From Callorhinchus milii (taxonomy: Eukaryota), in assembly GCF_018977255.1 (NCBI RefSeq), contig NW_024704743.1, positions 70,186,001 to 70,250,000 on the forward strand: DNA of 64,000 bases, in the 5' to 3' direction. The position numbers and the translations under genes were made by a program. The notes under the pieces are model-generated. The model had not been told where the DNA came from and did no database searches. It saw only the letters and a list, made by a program, of their open reading frames with translations. Of the stretch, positions 37,651 through 51,589 are shown in pieces (within the stretch, counting starts at the first letter, position 1; each line of letters opens with the position of its first letter).

Positions 37651-37780
37651 ATCAGCTCTCCCAAGCCAATGAAAACTGCTGTTTTACACTTTAGACCCGG
37701 CTTCCAATCTAACCCAAACTGATCAGGTTAAAGACCTGAGACTCCCAAATAAGTTAAACTTGGACAGTCTCAACCCATTT

Positions 37781-37821
37781 TCTAGCAGTAATATTTCTAG
37801 CAGTAACATATCTAGCAGTAA
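37781..37821. repeat. 15 bp tandem repeat x3
   Basis: tctagcagtaa three times at period 15. Confidence 0.85.
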
Positions 37822-39354
37822 AAGCACAAACTGATCATAAGTTAGCACCATTAGTTTGTCAATCTCACTTAGAAAGGTGAATGGGATATTTTGCAGTTGT
37901 TGCTCTTACCCTGAATCTAATTCATGGCATAAATGACCATATGAATCTTTGTGACACTGGGTCCAAAAGTTAAAAACAGGGTCTACTTTGTAGATTCACA
38001 TTGTCAGATTAAATCAACACGAAATTTACTCAACCTCCCTCTCGGNAAAAAAGATAAAATAGTATAGAACAAGTTGAGAAATGAGTATGTAGGATATATG
38101 CAAGCTTGTCCAAGGGCATAAGATCAAATACTATTCTCAGCCACTGTTCCACTTCTGGCAGGATTTCAGGGACTTCAAATTAAACAGAATGGTTTTAGCT
38201 GATATGAGGATAATATCCACCAATTCAAAAACATCTCCCAGGGAGTGTTTGCACGTAGCCCTAGGAGGTACTGAAGGATCTGCAGGGAACTGGATATGGA
38301 TTAGATTTGAATAAAATCAAACCAACTTTCAGAATTCAGTTCCTAGGGCAATCCCAGAATAGATGAAAATAGGTCCCTACTCGCTTGCCACGTTTAGAGC
38401 ACTGGGAATAGCAAGCAAGGTTCATCTTGTTCAACAAAACAGGTGTAACGTTGCATTGATGTATAATTTAAACTGGACGTCTTTTAAATTTATGCAAGTA
38501 GTGGTTTAATGAGCACCTAGCCAAACCTGTCACTAATCTTCCTCGACTGTTGGTACTCATGATATTTGTAGCAGAATAATTGTTAAGACACAGAATCAAG
38601 CAATAGGTACATGTCTCCTCTCCCTTCCCACGTGGGTTCCAAATCTCAGCAGAATTATTAGGTTGACACTGGAACCAAGGAATCAGAACTGAAATAAAGA
38701 GGCAACACACACAAATTGGACTGTAATAAGTCCATGATGCTCTCACGTACCACACAATACTGGTGAATGAGTGGCATAATCAAACACTGGAAAGCAGCAT
38801 ATTTTCATGCTTCATCAGGAGCAAAATGGGAGGAAAAAAGAAACAAAAATGTGATGATGTGTATATGAAATTAAAAAGGAACATTAAACTAAAGAAAACT
38901 TCCTGAGAAATTAATTGTAACATAAAACTGATCCATTAAGCAAAGATACTTACTAAGTAGTCTGAAAACTAAAGAATGGTAGTTGCATGTATGTTTGGAG
39001 TCATCTAAGTTAGCTAAGTCAAGTGAAACCAGAAACTTCTGGGTTCAAATTCCAGATCGTCAATACAATATATTGCACTGGACATCAGTCTTTGTTATAC
39101 TATAAAATTATTAACACAAATTGGACATTGAAGAACATCCATCCACACCCATATACTCAGAAAGAATATAAACTAGGTCCATCTTGAACTTAATGTGAAG
39201 ACAGTTTGGGGAACAGTTTTTATAGCAATTTCATAGCACTATATTCCTTTCCTACTAAAATCTGCAGGCTTTTAAAACCAAGCTTGGCATCATCAATTCA
39301 CTACTTACTACTTGATTTATTTTCTCTGCTGCTGATGGTCTGAAGCAATGAGTC

Positions 39355-40501
39355 ACTGTTTCCCAGCTTAGCTCTCCTCTCCCGCCACTTCCTATATGAA
39401 CCCCTCCAATCTGGCTTCTGTGCTGCTTTGAGTAAGAGAGACAGCCTTAGTCAAACTTACAAATAACATTCTGGACATCTGTGACCAGGGGCCCTCTCTG
39501 TCTCCTCATCCTTTACGATCGCTCTGCCGTTTTTGACATTGCTGACCACTCTATTCTTCTTCACATCCTCCATCTCCACTTTCACGATTTGTCCTTGGCT
39601 GGTTTCGCTCTTACATTACCATCCTCGCCATTTTGTATCTGCTAACAGCTTCTCCTCACATCCTCATGCGTGCGTTCCTCAGGGCTCTTCCTTGGTCCTT
39701 TCCTCTTTCATATTTACATGCTCCCGTTTGGTGATATCATTCCTTCCACATGTATGCAGATGACACCCAACTCTATCTCTCTGCCTCCACCCTCAACCCC
39801 AGGACCCCTGCTGTACTGACAGAATGTCTGTCAGACATCAAGGCCTGAATAACAGCCAACTTTCTCCAATTGAATGTCAAGAAGATGGCTCTCCTGCTTG
39901 GCTCCCCTCAATGCCTCCTCACCTTAGGCACTAATAGGATCACTAATCGTGGAGCACTCTCCACCTTACTGAGCCGTACGGAACCTCTGCGTGTTTTGTT
40001 CCGACTTTCAACTGTCCCTACATCCGTGTCTTGACCTGTTCAGCTTTCTCCCAGCTCTGCAACATTGCACACCTCCACCACTACCTCTCCCCTCAGGCTG
40101 CCGGGACCCTCATCCATGCTTTCAGCATATCCAGGTTTAACTGTACTAACTCCCTGCTCGATGGACTTCCCAACTCTTCCTTTCACAAACGATAGCTTAT
40201 TCATAATTCTGCAGCTTGTTTCCTCTTCTGCACCAGGCTCGTGAGCCTTCAGCCTTTCCGCCCCCACACTCTGGAACTCTATGCAAGGGTCTCTCCTCCT
40301 AGCCCCCTCCCTTACCTCCTTCCAGGCCCATCTCAAAACCTTCCTCTTTGACTGTGCCTTCTGTCATCATCCCACCCCCATTGCCCTCCTCCATCCCTCC
40401 TGATCTCAATGCCCAGCTCAAGTTCTAACCCTTGACTGTCCAGCGCCTTGGGATGACCTCCCAATGTTAAAGGCACTATATAAATGCAATTTGTTATTGT
40501 G
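39355..40501 (+). mobile_element. L2 RT-to-tail fragment with internal deletions
   Basis: CVPQGSSL, atgtatgcagatgacacccaactctat (MYADDTQLY), tail aggcactatataaatgcaatttgttattgt. Confidence 0.88.
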
Positions 40502-40849
40502 TCCAGTACTATAAACCTTGATCCTTCGTTCAAGTCTCTCAGTTAAAAGAATGGTAATTTTTGCATCACATTAGGAAAAAGTAGTGAAACATCAGTGCCT
40601 GAAGTTTACTGACTCACCTACTAAGAGTTTTGTTCAATTTGTCGATAGTTTCAAATATTATAAAAATTAAAATCGCCAGAATATAAACATGTAATTTATG
40701 AGTTAAATTTGCGTAAAAACAGAACTGAGTTTCACCGTCATGTATTTTCAGGAAATAAAACCTAAAATGATGATCCCCAACAGAACTCTCTTGAGAATAA
40801 AGAGTTAGCTTCCATATGTGTTTCAGATTACATACAAATCTTCACTCCA

Positions 40850-41335
40850 AAGTTTTTAGGTTAGATTTAAAATCAGATAAAGACCGAGGGGTAGAGAGAG
40901 GGAGCTCCAGAGGACGAAAGTTCCAGAGAATCTGGCATAGTTGCTGAAGGCTTGGCCACCAATGGTGAGGGGAGTATAGTGGAGGTAGAAGTATAGTGGA
41001 GAGGAGTAGAAAAGTGTGAAAGGAGTTCACAAAAATAAAACAGGTGCTAAGTATGAGGACCTAGGATTAGGATGTAATTCTGTTGGGAGACAATGCAGCC
41101 TGGCGAGGATGAGAGAGATGAGTATGCGAATTTGGTGGCTGAGGATGGAAGCAGGGAAGCTTTGTATGAGCTGGAGCTTGTGGATAGCCGAATTGGGCAG
41201 ACAAGCATAACTTGGGAGACTGGTGAGGAGTGGGTTTTAGAAGTCAAATCAGAAGGTAACAAAGGTGTGAAAGAGTTTGGGCGGAATTTTGTGTGAAATA
41301 CGGATGAAGCTGGGCAATGTGCCGAAGGTAATGAA
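40850..41335 (-). mobile_element. Old L2 3' fragment
   Basis: Minus-strand HLRHIAQL and LWNF...FKSNLKT remnants. Confidence 0.65.
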
Positions 41336-42789
41336 CAGCTATCGATAAATAAGTGTATCTATAGCTGAGACCATAGCTTACCCCGAAGTGTTCCCATTCT
41401 GTTGTATTGGAAAAATTAAAAGAACTCTGAACCATGAAAACCTAACCAGAACACCAATCTAAACATCAATCCATTTATACCAGTGAAGTAGAACTTTATT
41501 TTAAACAAATAATCAAGATTAGCACAAGTGATAGAAAATACTATGACCAATCTACTGGCTGAGAATGATTAAAATTCATAGCTTTACTGCAGAATCATTC
41601 AAATGACATCTGGTAAACAGAATAACCAGCAATGAGAAAGACTGTAAATCTCTCATGTATTATAGCTGCAGACGTAAGAAGCAGCTCACAACCTGGCTGA
41701 CTTTTATGTAAAAATTCAGGTGGGATTTTCTCTCATGGCTGAAAGTAAACAAATTTTAAAAGATAGATTTTAGGATGCTATCCTTGAGGAACGATTTTAG
41801 TTAAAGTTGTACTCATATTTGTGTTCTGGATTTTGAGAGTTAAAAGTTAAGAAAACAAAATTCCTTCAGTATATAGCAATCTTTCCATACAGTTTTCTCC
41901 AATACATTGATAACAGTTCTAGTTTCCACTTATTATTGAAAACCTCCATATTTTGTTTGGAATGCTGGCACCACGATTTCTGCAATCACTGGCACGCATT
42001 TCAACTCCATTATGCATTACTGTCTTCTCGTAAATAATGGAAAATATGTCAACAAAAACATATCAAAATCCATTACTGTTGTAAAATGCTCTTGTTTTAA
42101 TAAATCAACCATGCATTTAAAGGAACTATGATATAAATTGTGAAACAAAGCCACATCCATCACTAAAAGGAAGTGTTTTTCAGTACATAATGTATGAGCT
42201 TATTGTCACGGCATCTGTTGGCTGTATAATGCATTTTCGCAAACAATTTCTGGGTGTGCTTTTTACGCTGGAGAATACTTAAGAATGGACTTAGTTTTCC
42301 AGTCTATCTGACCATACAAGTTTCAAGATTTATTGCCTTCCAATGTTTTATTTTTGGATAAAGCATTGCATCGTTTTATTGCCATGCATTCTGTGCATAG
42401 TAATTGCTTCATTGTGGGTTCTGGATGAAGGCTTCTTTCTTTAAAAAGGAAATCTACTGTATTTAGTAAGATTACATTACATTCTAATATGGTTTTCTTC
42501 ACTAAGAACTCTTTGTGTTCCCTTGTTTTTCTTTTTTCACAGGTACTGCAGCATTGAAGATGTTTTTCACTATGGTTTAATTTAGTGAGATACAAAAGAG
42601 ATTCAGTTAGATTTGTGAGATAATATACATGTGGCAAATTTGAAAATGTGTAGGCTAAATACAGTTTCTTTCTACTATGGAAGTTAAAACAGGAACCTGA
42701 TATGTTTTACTATTCAATACTTTACAATCACAGGCTGAGTAAAGTGAGCAAGTATAAACCTAGATTTCAGGTTCATGTGACTCCAAGTT

Positions 42790-43035
42790 TGGATGTGGAG
42801 CCAGCAAGGAATGGGGTGATAGGCTCGTGGAATCTAGTATGGGAAAGAGTATAAGCTGCAGTGTGCTGGATAGTTTGTAGCTTGTGGAGGGAAGAGCTGG
42901 GAAGTCCGGTGAGCAGAGAGTTGACCAAGTCTACTCTGCCACATAAGCGCTACCCTACATGAGGGGTGTTATATAAATGCAAACTGTAGTCTAGCCTGGA
43001 TGTGATGAATGAATGGATAAGGATCTTGGCGACTC
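42790..43035 (-). mobile_element. Old L2 fragment interrupted by a plus-strand solo tail (~42945-42985)
   Basis: gagggaagagctgggaagtccggtgagcagagagttg matches the L2 segment at 10365-10410; tagtctagcctgga resumes after the tail. Confidence 0.6.
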
Positions 43036-43586
43036 AGCAGACAATTCTCTTCATCCCATGGATGCAACATTCATTTGGAAACAGAATATTTCCTAAAGTG
43101 CTTGAGGAGCCCAGATACAAACTGTAATGCAATGGATATTGTGAAGGTTTGGAGCTTTTTCTAAGTCTGCGATTTTAACTCTTGGTAAATGGACATTGTA
43201 CTTGCATGTTATATGTTAATGGCTAAGATATCTTTGTTAAATAAATCTATTTCCAGTTCAATTGCTTTGGGCCTGTGTCATTTAAGTAATACTAACTGCT
43301 TTCCAAAAGAAATAGAGCTATTTGATAGCCAATATTCTATCTTAGAATTTATTAACAATCTTTGTTGGACTATGGCAATGCTAAAGACTCAGTGAAATTA
43401 TTTCCCGACGCAACAATTGATGACAATTCAACACTCTTATAATTTTGTAGCACCTCACAATAAAGCAAAATACCTCAACAAATTGACTTGCGTTACATAT
43501 ACAAAACATTTAAATATTGACATACAGGATATACTCCATATTTTCAAATAAGCAAACTAAACTAACAGTTACAGTATATCACTACA

Positions 43587-44430
43587 TAATAATAATAATC
43601 CTTGCATTTGATATAGCGCTTTTCACATCGGGCGGACGTCCCAAAGCGCTTCACAGAACACACTGTAAAGTGAATTGACTGTATATTTGTGGGCGAACGC
43701 AAACATGTCAACTATTACAGTATATAATAGTGCTTTCATTTGATATAGTGCTTTATCACTTTGTCACACCGTCTCAAAGCACTTTACAGGATATACTGCA
43801 AAGTGGTTTGATGAAAAGTGGTAACCCATTGCGCACAGCAATGTCTCACAAATAGCTATGAAATGAATGACCATTTTTTTTATTTGGGGAATTGGTGGGC
43901 AGGACAGTGGGAGATACTTTTTTCCCTTTTCGAATAGTGCTGTAGGAATAAAGTGGGACCCAAAGAAAATTGGTGGTGAAGTTTGAAAGTGGATTTGAGA
44001 AAATTATCCTTACTGTAGATCCTTTCATGCCAGGACAATATCTTAAACTGCTTCACAGAATATACTGTACATACAACTGTGTATTTTGTAGGTGAACACA
44101 AGAACCAATGTGCACACAGCAATGTCCCCAAACACCCATGCAGTGAATGACGAATTTCATTTGGAGTATTTGTTGGCCAGGACACTGGCAGAAATATTCT
44201 TTCTCTTTTTGAATAGTGCCAAGGGATCTTTAATGTCCACTGAACAGGCAAACGGTACCTTGGTTTAACTTCTCATTTGAAGGACAGCACCTGTGACAAT
44301 GCAGCACACCCTAGCACTGCATTGGAGTGTCAACATAGGCAATATGGGTTCCAAGTCCCGAGGTGGGGCTTGAACCCACAATCTTTTGACTCAAGAGACG
44401 AAAGTGCTACCAACTGAGTCAGACTGACAC
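43587..44430 (-). mobile_element. Cluster of three same-orientation SINE copies (tail 43587-43700; 3' half 43730-43950; near-full Deu-SINE 44030-44430)
   Basis: Repeated cttcacag...cagcaatgtc...gaatagtgc modules; tRNA head at 44360-44430. Confidence 0.8.
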
Positions 44431-45309
44431 ATCACAAGGTTACTCTGTTAGAAATAGAATCAATTCTTCAACTGATAACATATCTTTGAAATAAAATGCA
44501 CGATCAATGTTAACAGATTGATGCCTCATTTTACGGTTATAAAGAGTGCTTATCTTACTGTCTGAGGTTATCCATTCCAAATAGTATAAAAGAATGTCAT
44601 TTGAAGGAAAGTCTGTCAGTATAGTAATACTATTTCTAGTGTAGGCACAAAAAATAATCTGTTTTCCAAATAAATTAACTGCAAATAAATCAGTTTTCAA
44701 AAATGAAGAGAACCAAAAGTAAGTAATTTGCTAAGAAAATATTTGTGTAGTTAATTGTTACATCTGGTTTTCATTTACCCTAGATAATACTGCAATTGCT
44801 CTTTTTTGTAACTGTGCACTTCTACTAAACATTATACTACTGAGATAACTACTAAACAGTTTGATCAAGCAGACTTTTTGTAACCAACCATTATGTATTA
44901 TCATTACATCTGCTAAATCACATATTGAACCAGAAAGTCACAGTAATACAGCATTACTGACATCAAACTTAAAAAAAATTAGGGAAAGAAACACCATCAT
45001 ACTAACGAGCAGGATTAAACACCACTCACATTCAAACTGAAGTATCAAAGAGCAGATATTCCAAAAGGTGGAACAAAAATGCACTTAATATTGTACAATA
45101 TTAACGAAGGTTTACTACTTACTTTTCCTAATTTCCTTCTAGGCGAGAGTCAATAGATCCTTGAATTCTGTTAAATTACTATTACATATTCAAAAACTTT
45201 TATAAAATCTCTATGAAAGTGATAATGACATTTAGTAAGTCTTAGATATCCTTCTGAATAATGTTTTTCTTCCATGATTATATGCTGTGCTATAAGTAAA
45301 TAAATACAA

Positions 45310-45611
45310 GCAACCAACATTACATTTGTATAGCGACTTTCACGTTGGGAGGACGTCCCAAGGTGCTGTACAGACAGAGGTTCAGACCTGAGCTGGGGTC
45401 AGGATCGGGGAGGGTGGAGGGCTGGGGGGAAGCAGGGAGATCAAAAGCACAGTCAAAGAGGAGGGTCTTGAGATGGGTCGAAGGAGAAGGGACTGTGGGA
45501 TGGAGTTCCAGAGGGTGGGGGCTGAGTGGCAGAAGGCCCGCCTGACAATAGTGGGACGAACAAGGCGGGAGACGTGAAGCAGGCCGGAGCCGGCTGAGCA
45601 GAGGGAGCAGG
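45310..45611 (-). mobile_element. L2 3' fragment
   Basis: RAFCHSAPTLWNSIP; tail at 45310-45365. Confidence 0.85.
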
Positions 45612-45858
45612 CAGAATGTTTTTTCACACAGCAAATTGTTCGGATCTGGAATGCATTGCCTGAAAGGGTGGGGAAAGCCGATTCAATAACAACTTTTCAG
45701 AGAGAAGCAGATAATTATGTGGGGAACACAAGTTTGCAGGGCTACGGCCAGAGAGCGAGGGAGTGGAATTGATTTGGATAGCTCTTTTCAAAGAGCCAGC
45801 ACACACACGATGGGCCGAATGGTCTTCTTCTGTGCTGTATAATTCTATGATTCTATGA
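45612..45858 (+). mobile_element. CR1 3' end (chondrichthyan HER1-like)
   Basis: ttttcacacagc...tctggaatgcattgcctgaaagggtgg (FTQ..WNALPERV), tgggccgaatggtcttcttctgtgctgta, (ttctatga)2. Confidence 0.85.
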
Positions 45859-46629
45859 CAAGACACTTTAGTATACAATTTACACTTTATAGGGCTTTTC
45901 ACATCGGGAAGACGTCCCAAACCACTTGTGAACTTTGAACATATGAAATCCTGCTGTTGATATACAATGCAAAGTCAATTCATGAAATATTTGTTCAGGT
46001 CTTCAAAGAAAATTACTCTACATCTAGTTTCTCCAGAACTACCTCAGAAATGATAGGACAGTGAAAATGAAGACAATGAAATAAATGGATATGGAGAACA
46101 TGAGAACAGATCATAAATTGTGCTGCTTAGTTTGCAGAATCACTTTATACTTATAGCGTGATACATAGAGCTATCACGGGATAGTCATCCAAGCCAAAGA
46201 GTTGATCAAAGACAGAAACATCAAAACAGCAGTCACAGTGCTGGCCTTTCATTACCCCTTTCAGACTTACAAGGAGCAAGCTCAAAAGATCAATGGCACT
46301 TGGAAAGTCTGATCTTACTCGGATGCAGTGCTATGATAATATTGTATAGCTTTATGCAAATGTATCTGGGTGTAGTAATTGAAGCAGGTTGGCCCTAAAA
46401 TTAATCTATTCACCATACCGAGGAGCAATCTACTGTTCACAGCTCCAGGATGTTGCAATACAGAGGTTTGTAGGCAAAATCAGTGGACCCAACCCACAAA
46501 ATAAATGTTAATTATTGTTTACATGCATTAACAATATATTATGAAGACCAAAGAGGTAGGATTCCCATTCTAACTCGAGCAGCCACATGGTGGCATATAT
46601 ATATATATATATATATATCCACATCATAC

Positions 46630-47135
46630 ATCTACACATGGAAATTCCAGTGATAGATTGCTGGAGTGGAATGCACACTCTCTCCCTGAAGGGAATCATC
46701 CTGCTTACCTAATTCCGGAAAGTATTAGGCGTAGGTTGGCAAGACCCAAAGTGTGCGTTTGGGTACCAGCTAAAACCGCGTAGCTTGCCTTTCATATTGC
46801 TGTCTGGCAAGCATTCTCGCTGCTTGTCCAGCTCGGACGACCCTACCTGTTTGGAATTTGTCTTGCAGGGTTCACAGAGATGCTTCCCAGCACCCAGTGA
46901 TTGGTCTGCCCTTCCAAGTCCTGCTGCTGAGCCAGGCTGGACTGTGCTGTCATCAGCAGAGCCCTGGCATACTGCAGACCCGCCTGGCTCCGGACCTGGA
47001 CTACCGAGATCACCTCAGAGGGCTGACTCGATTCCAACATTCTGTTGTCAAACATGTCACCTTGGAGCCAGTTGAGCTCCAAGGAGACCCGCTTACTCCC
47101 CCGCACCCACCGCCCCCACCCAGGAGGATTTAAAT
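46630..47135 (-). repeat. Family A copy 5 (CpG-retaining, 3' end replaced by (TA)n)
   Basis: Colinear with copies 1 and 4; perfect hairpin ccttggagc-cagttga-gctccaagg at 47060-47084; (TA)n at 46595-46618. Confidence 0.8.
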
Positions 47136-49524
47136 AAAGACTAAGACACTGGAAGAATGGTGCTGAACCTTAAAGGACCCAGTTATTTTCAACTCATCCT
47201 CTTCTCATTTTACAACCTCCCCCAAAATAACATCATATCTAAACATTCTCGGAATTATTCATTACATAATTTTAGATCAACAATTGATGTGATTATGGGT
47301 ACAATAAATTTGACATAACTCCTTTCACGTCGGGAGGACATCTCAGTCCTAGATGGACAAAACACAAAATACTGCAGATGCTGGAAATTTTAGATGGGCT
47401 GGATGGATAATTTTCCAATTAGAAGTTTTGAGGCCTACTCAGAAAACAGAAATAACAAAGCACAGGTGATTTGATGTGTCAAGTCAGAACAGTATTACTT
47501 TATCCTGTGAAAGGCTGCAGATCAATTCTGCTGTAGTTTCCCTGCAGACAGTTTTGGCAGTTGCTGTGATCACAGCAAGACCTGAATGCATCATTATCTT
47601 GCCTGGCAGATATAAAGCAACTGAAGTGTAACACAAACATATATATTCTGCAGCTGGGTTAACTTCAAATTTCATGGTAATGCGTATGTTGAAGTTTTGA
47701 TAGTAAATTAAATAATTACCCAGTCATTTAAGAAATTCTGGGTCTTGTCAATATATAAAAAAACACACCTGCAAATAACGTCCCAAGGTGAAGCATGTGG
47801 CAAATAAAGCTCAAGACAAATGAAAAGTTAGAATTGATCTTAGAAATGTCTTATCCAACTGGAAATTTACATATCAAATACTTTTTTTTAAAGCTCTAAA
47901 CTCCTTTCAAAGGACAAGAGCAATAAATTAGACCTTGTGAATCACATACAATTTCAGGATCAAACATGAGTCTAAAAAGAAATAAGAGCAGGGAAAGGTC
48001 TAAGCTTCAAGTTGCATCCCATAAACCGAGATACTATCACAATATATTCTCAAAAATAGTAATATGCTATCATTCAGATCAGGGGTGGCCGATTTGGCTA
48101 TTTCTGACATCGATGGACTAAGCCATTAACTGAGCAAGGATAAAATATCACAATAAAATCATCTTATTAAGTTATCCTAGCAGGGGAGAAATATTCTCCT
48201 TTCAAACCATGGTTCATAGGGATTGCCACTGCCAACAACTGCCAACAACTGCCAGCATCTTATTTGAATTCTGCACAATGTTGAGAAGATGTAGCAGCCA
48301 AGCTGAATGATGGTGAAGTAATCCTGTACAATGACATATGAAATTCACCACCTACGAAAGGCAAAAGGTGCTCTGAGACTTTTTTATGATTGATGGATTC
48401 CATGAATTTAATCTTGCTGGATGCTTGAGAGAATTGTTTACAATTGTTTAAGAACTGATGAAGAAGCTGAAGTCAAAGGAAAGCTACCTCTAATGAATTT
48501 CACAAACATTCTGGATGGTGTGATCAAGCCAAATGCATGTACAGTGCTTTGCATGGGTTTTATTCTCTTTACTTTAAGAGTTCAGCGATTTTAATGGATT
48601 CAGTTATTCCTGGTCCATGGAGACCATGCCTGGGACATAAACTAGACATTTGTTCAACTCCAAAGCTGTAACAGCCTTGGTGGGTCACAGAACATTCCTT
48701 AGAAAGTTGTTCTTCTGAAAAATAGAAATGTTAAGCACAAATGAAGGAACTAATCTTCCTCAAGTATCAGTCATAAAATCAATCACTTGCAAATTGCTAA
48801 AATTTGTCCTGCATTCGCAGATCCACCAAATAGATGAAAGACACTGAAAATTATTTTTCAGCCCATTTCAGTGCCTAGCCTTGAACTATTGAATTCTAGT
48901 CTTAAGGTCCTATACAATACAAATGTATTAAAATATATATAACATCTCAACTTTCTCAGATTATTTGCTTTACATGGGATCTTGAAACCTCTGCCAACAT
49001 GTCAGCAGAAAGACCAGATGTTATTTGCCACATAGGCCTAAAAGCAATTGGACCACATCGATAAATCCACATCTAAAATGTTTAAGTGCGATCAGATCTT
49101 TCTGTTTCCAAAGCAATTATAGCTGTGTAACTTGCTATATAATGGGACTAAAATTCATTACATGAAGGTGCTGTGGGGCCTGTTAATCTACTTGTTATAG
49201 GCGGCTGTTTGTTATAATGAAGTTTGTCTGATCAGGAGTTGAATTTCTTTTGCCATGTTTACATTGAGTCCCTGTTGTAATTCAAGCTCAATACACAATT
49301 CTGCATATGTGGATTAAATGAAGCTACTGTTTATTGTTCTGGCTCTCAGTAGACTAGTTGCATGAGCATGGGTTTAAAAGATAAATTGTAAAGTAATGCA
49401 TCTGTGTATGCAGCAATACATTTTCACCTTTTTTAATGAGCAATTGTAAAATGGCCTCTTAATGCCACTACAAAACAATTTACGTTAACCGCTTGGTGAA
49501 GGAGAATCTTCCAATAGATAATTT

Positions 49525-50045
49525 ATAATAATAACGCAATTCTTACATTTGGTATGGAGATTTTCATGCAGGGAGGATGTCCCAAAATCACTTCACAGGA
49601 TATATTGTAAAGTGCAGTGACTGTGTTTTGTGAATAAATAAGGCAGCCAATTTGTGTACAGCAATATAATAATAATTACATTTGATATAGCGCTTTTCAC
49701 CTCTTCTAGACGTCTCAAAGCGCTTCTGTGAAAGCGCTTCACAGAATATGCTGTAAAGTGAATTGACTGTATATATTTGTGGATGAAACACGGCAGCCAA
49801 TTGCGCACAGCAGTGTCCCATAAACAGTCATGAATTGAAAGTGACCAATTTATTATTGTTTTTGTTTTTTGGAGGGATTATTATTATTATTATCTCACAA
49901 ACAGCCATAGAGTGAATAACCAATTTTACTTGAGGAATTGTTGGCCAGGACACCAGGAAAAACTCCTCTTTTGAATCGTGTTACAGGATCTTGAAACATC
50001 CACTTAAACAGGGAGGCAGGGCCTCCGTTAAATGTCTCATCCAAA
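49525..50045 (-). mobile_element. Stack of SINE fragments (tail; family-2 3' half; Deu core)
   Basis: Three tandem same-strand modules joined at (ATT)n tracts. Confidence 0.8.
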
Positions 50046-51589
50046 ATATATATTATATATATAGCTTTAGAAAGGAACGGTTTAGTAATTTTAAGGTAAA
50101 TATGTGCATGCAAAGGCTTGGGCTTTAAAAGGTGATGTTAGTGTCTTGGAAGAAAATTTGACCTCTCTTTAAAAGCACAATTTGTTTATTGGTGCATTTT
50201 GCTCTATTACCAATCTTAACGCCAACTTTGGGAGGTAGGCCAGGACCTTGAACAAAAACAGCAAAGCATGCAAGCACTGTTGTCTAGCTGGATCCAGTAA
50301 AATAATACTTTAAATAGCTAGAAAAAATGCTTTAAAATAATTAAAATTTCCCCAAATAAATAGTAGTTTATAAACTCAGTGTAGAATCTAGTAACCACAA
50401 CAAAAAGTCACATTAATAAGAGACAGCTGGTAAGCTTTCTCCCATGACTGAATTGTAGTCTTCTGGTTCATACAATAAATTTTAACACAGGAATTCAATA
50501 CAAAAGTAGAGATGCACAGAAATCACAGTGCCTTAGTAAAATGTCAAAATTAAGATGTAAATAATTTAACATGAATAAGATGAATAATTGAGTAAATAAA
50601 TAATTCACTAAATAATCAAATAATGAACTGCATAAATAATTCCCCAAAATAAACAAACAATAAGTCATTAAATAAACATTGAATAATCAAGTCAACATTG
50701 CATATAATTACATAGACTGTACAGCTCCAAAACAGGCCATTCGACTCAACTAGCCTGTGCCAGTGTTTATACTCATATTTATATAGTGTGTATATACCAA
50801 TCCTAATCCCCTCTTCCTACCCCCTCTAATCCCTTCTATCTTGGTCCTTAGAACCAAATGGTTTGACCAAACTGAACACCATGCTTTAACTATTGCTAAT
50901 ATTTTTTGCATAACTTGTAATATTTACAAATTCAGAGAAAGAATAGTTTCTTTACAAAGTATATTCATCAAAATATTTTTGGTGAGGTTGACAGAAATTT
51001 GTGAAGTTCAGGATTACTATATTTCCTCTACACTAATTTAAGGAACTACTGCATATCAACATGCATTTATTCACTCATTATTATTTTATCGCAAATTCAA
51101 TCAGCTTTAGCTCTCAAACACCAAAGAAAATCTCAAGCATCATGACAAACAGGAGGGGAATGAAGAAAACCAATCTCACTCCTCTTGAGTTACAACCCCA
51201 TTCTCTTGGCTAGTAATCATTGAAAAAATAATGGCAGACATGGACAATTCATTGACCAGATGGATGCTGCCACTGTCCCACATAGGCTAGCAATACCCCG
51301 TGGAGGCAACGGGTGAAACTAAGAGAATGGTTAACCTAATCTAGCTGCCCCTGCAATGGCTTAACAGGTGCAACAACTTACATTTATTTAACGGTCTTAA
51401 TGCAGGATAGCACCTCAGAGCACTAAACAATGGCGTAGTTCAACACAAAGCCAGGAAGGAAGCGGAGGTGATCGTAGGTACGATCGAAAAGGAAAGTCTT
51501 CAGGTGCGATCTGAAGATAGGAAAGAGGGGCCAAGGTGGAGGGACAACCACTGGCGAAAGTGAAACTGAGCCATAAAGAGCTGAAGGTC

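Noticed and set aside
22127..38046. Single N bases at 22127 and 38046
   Set aside because: Ambiguous assembly calls next to homopolymer runs, not biology.
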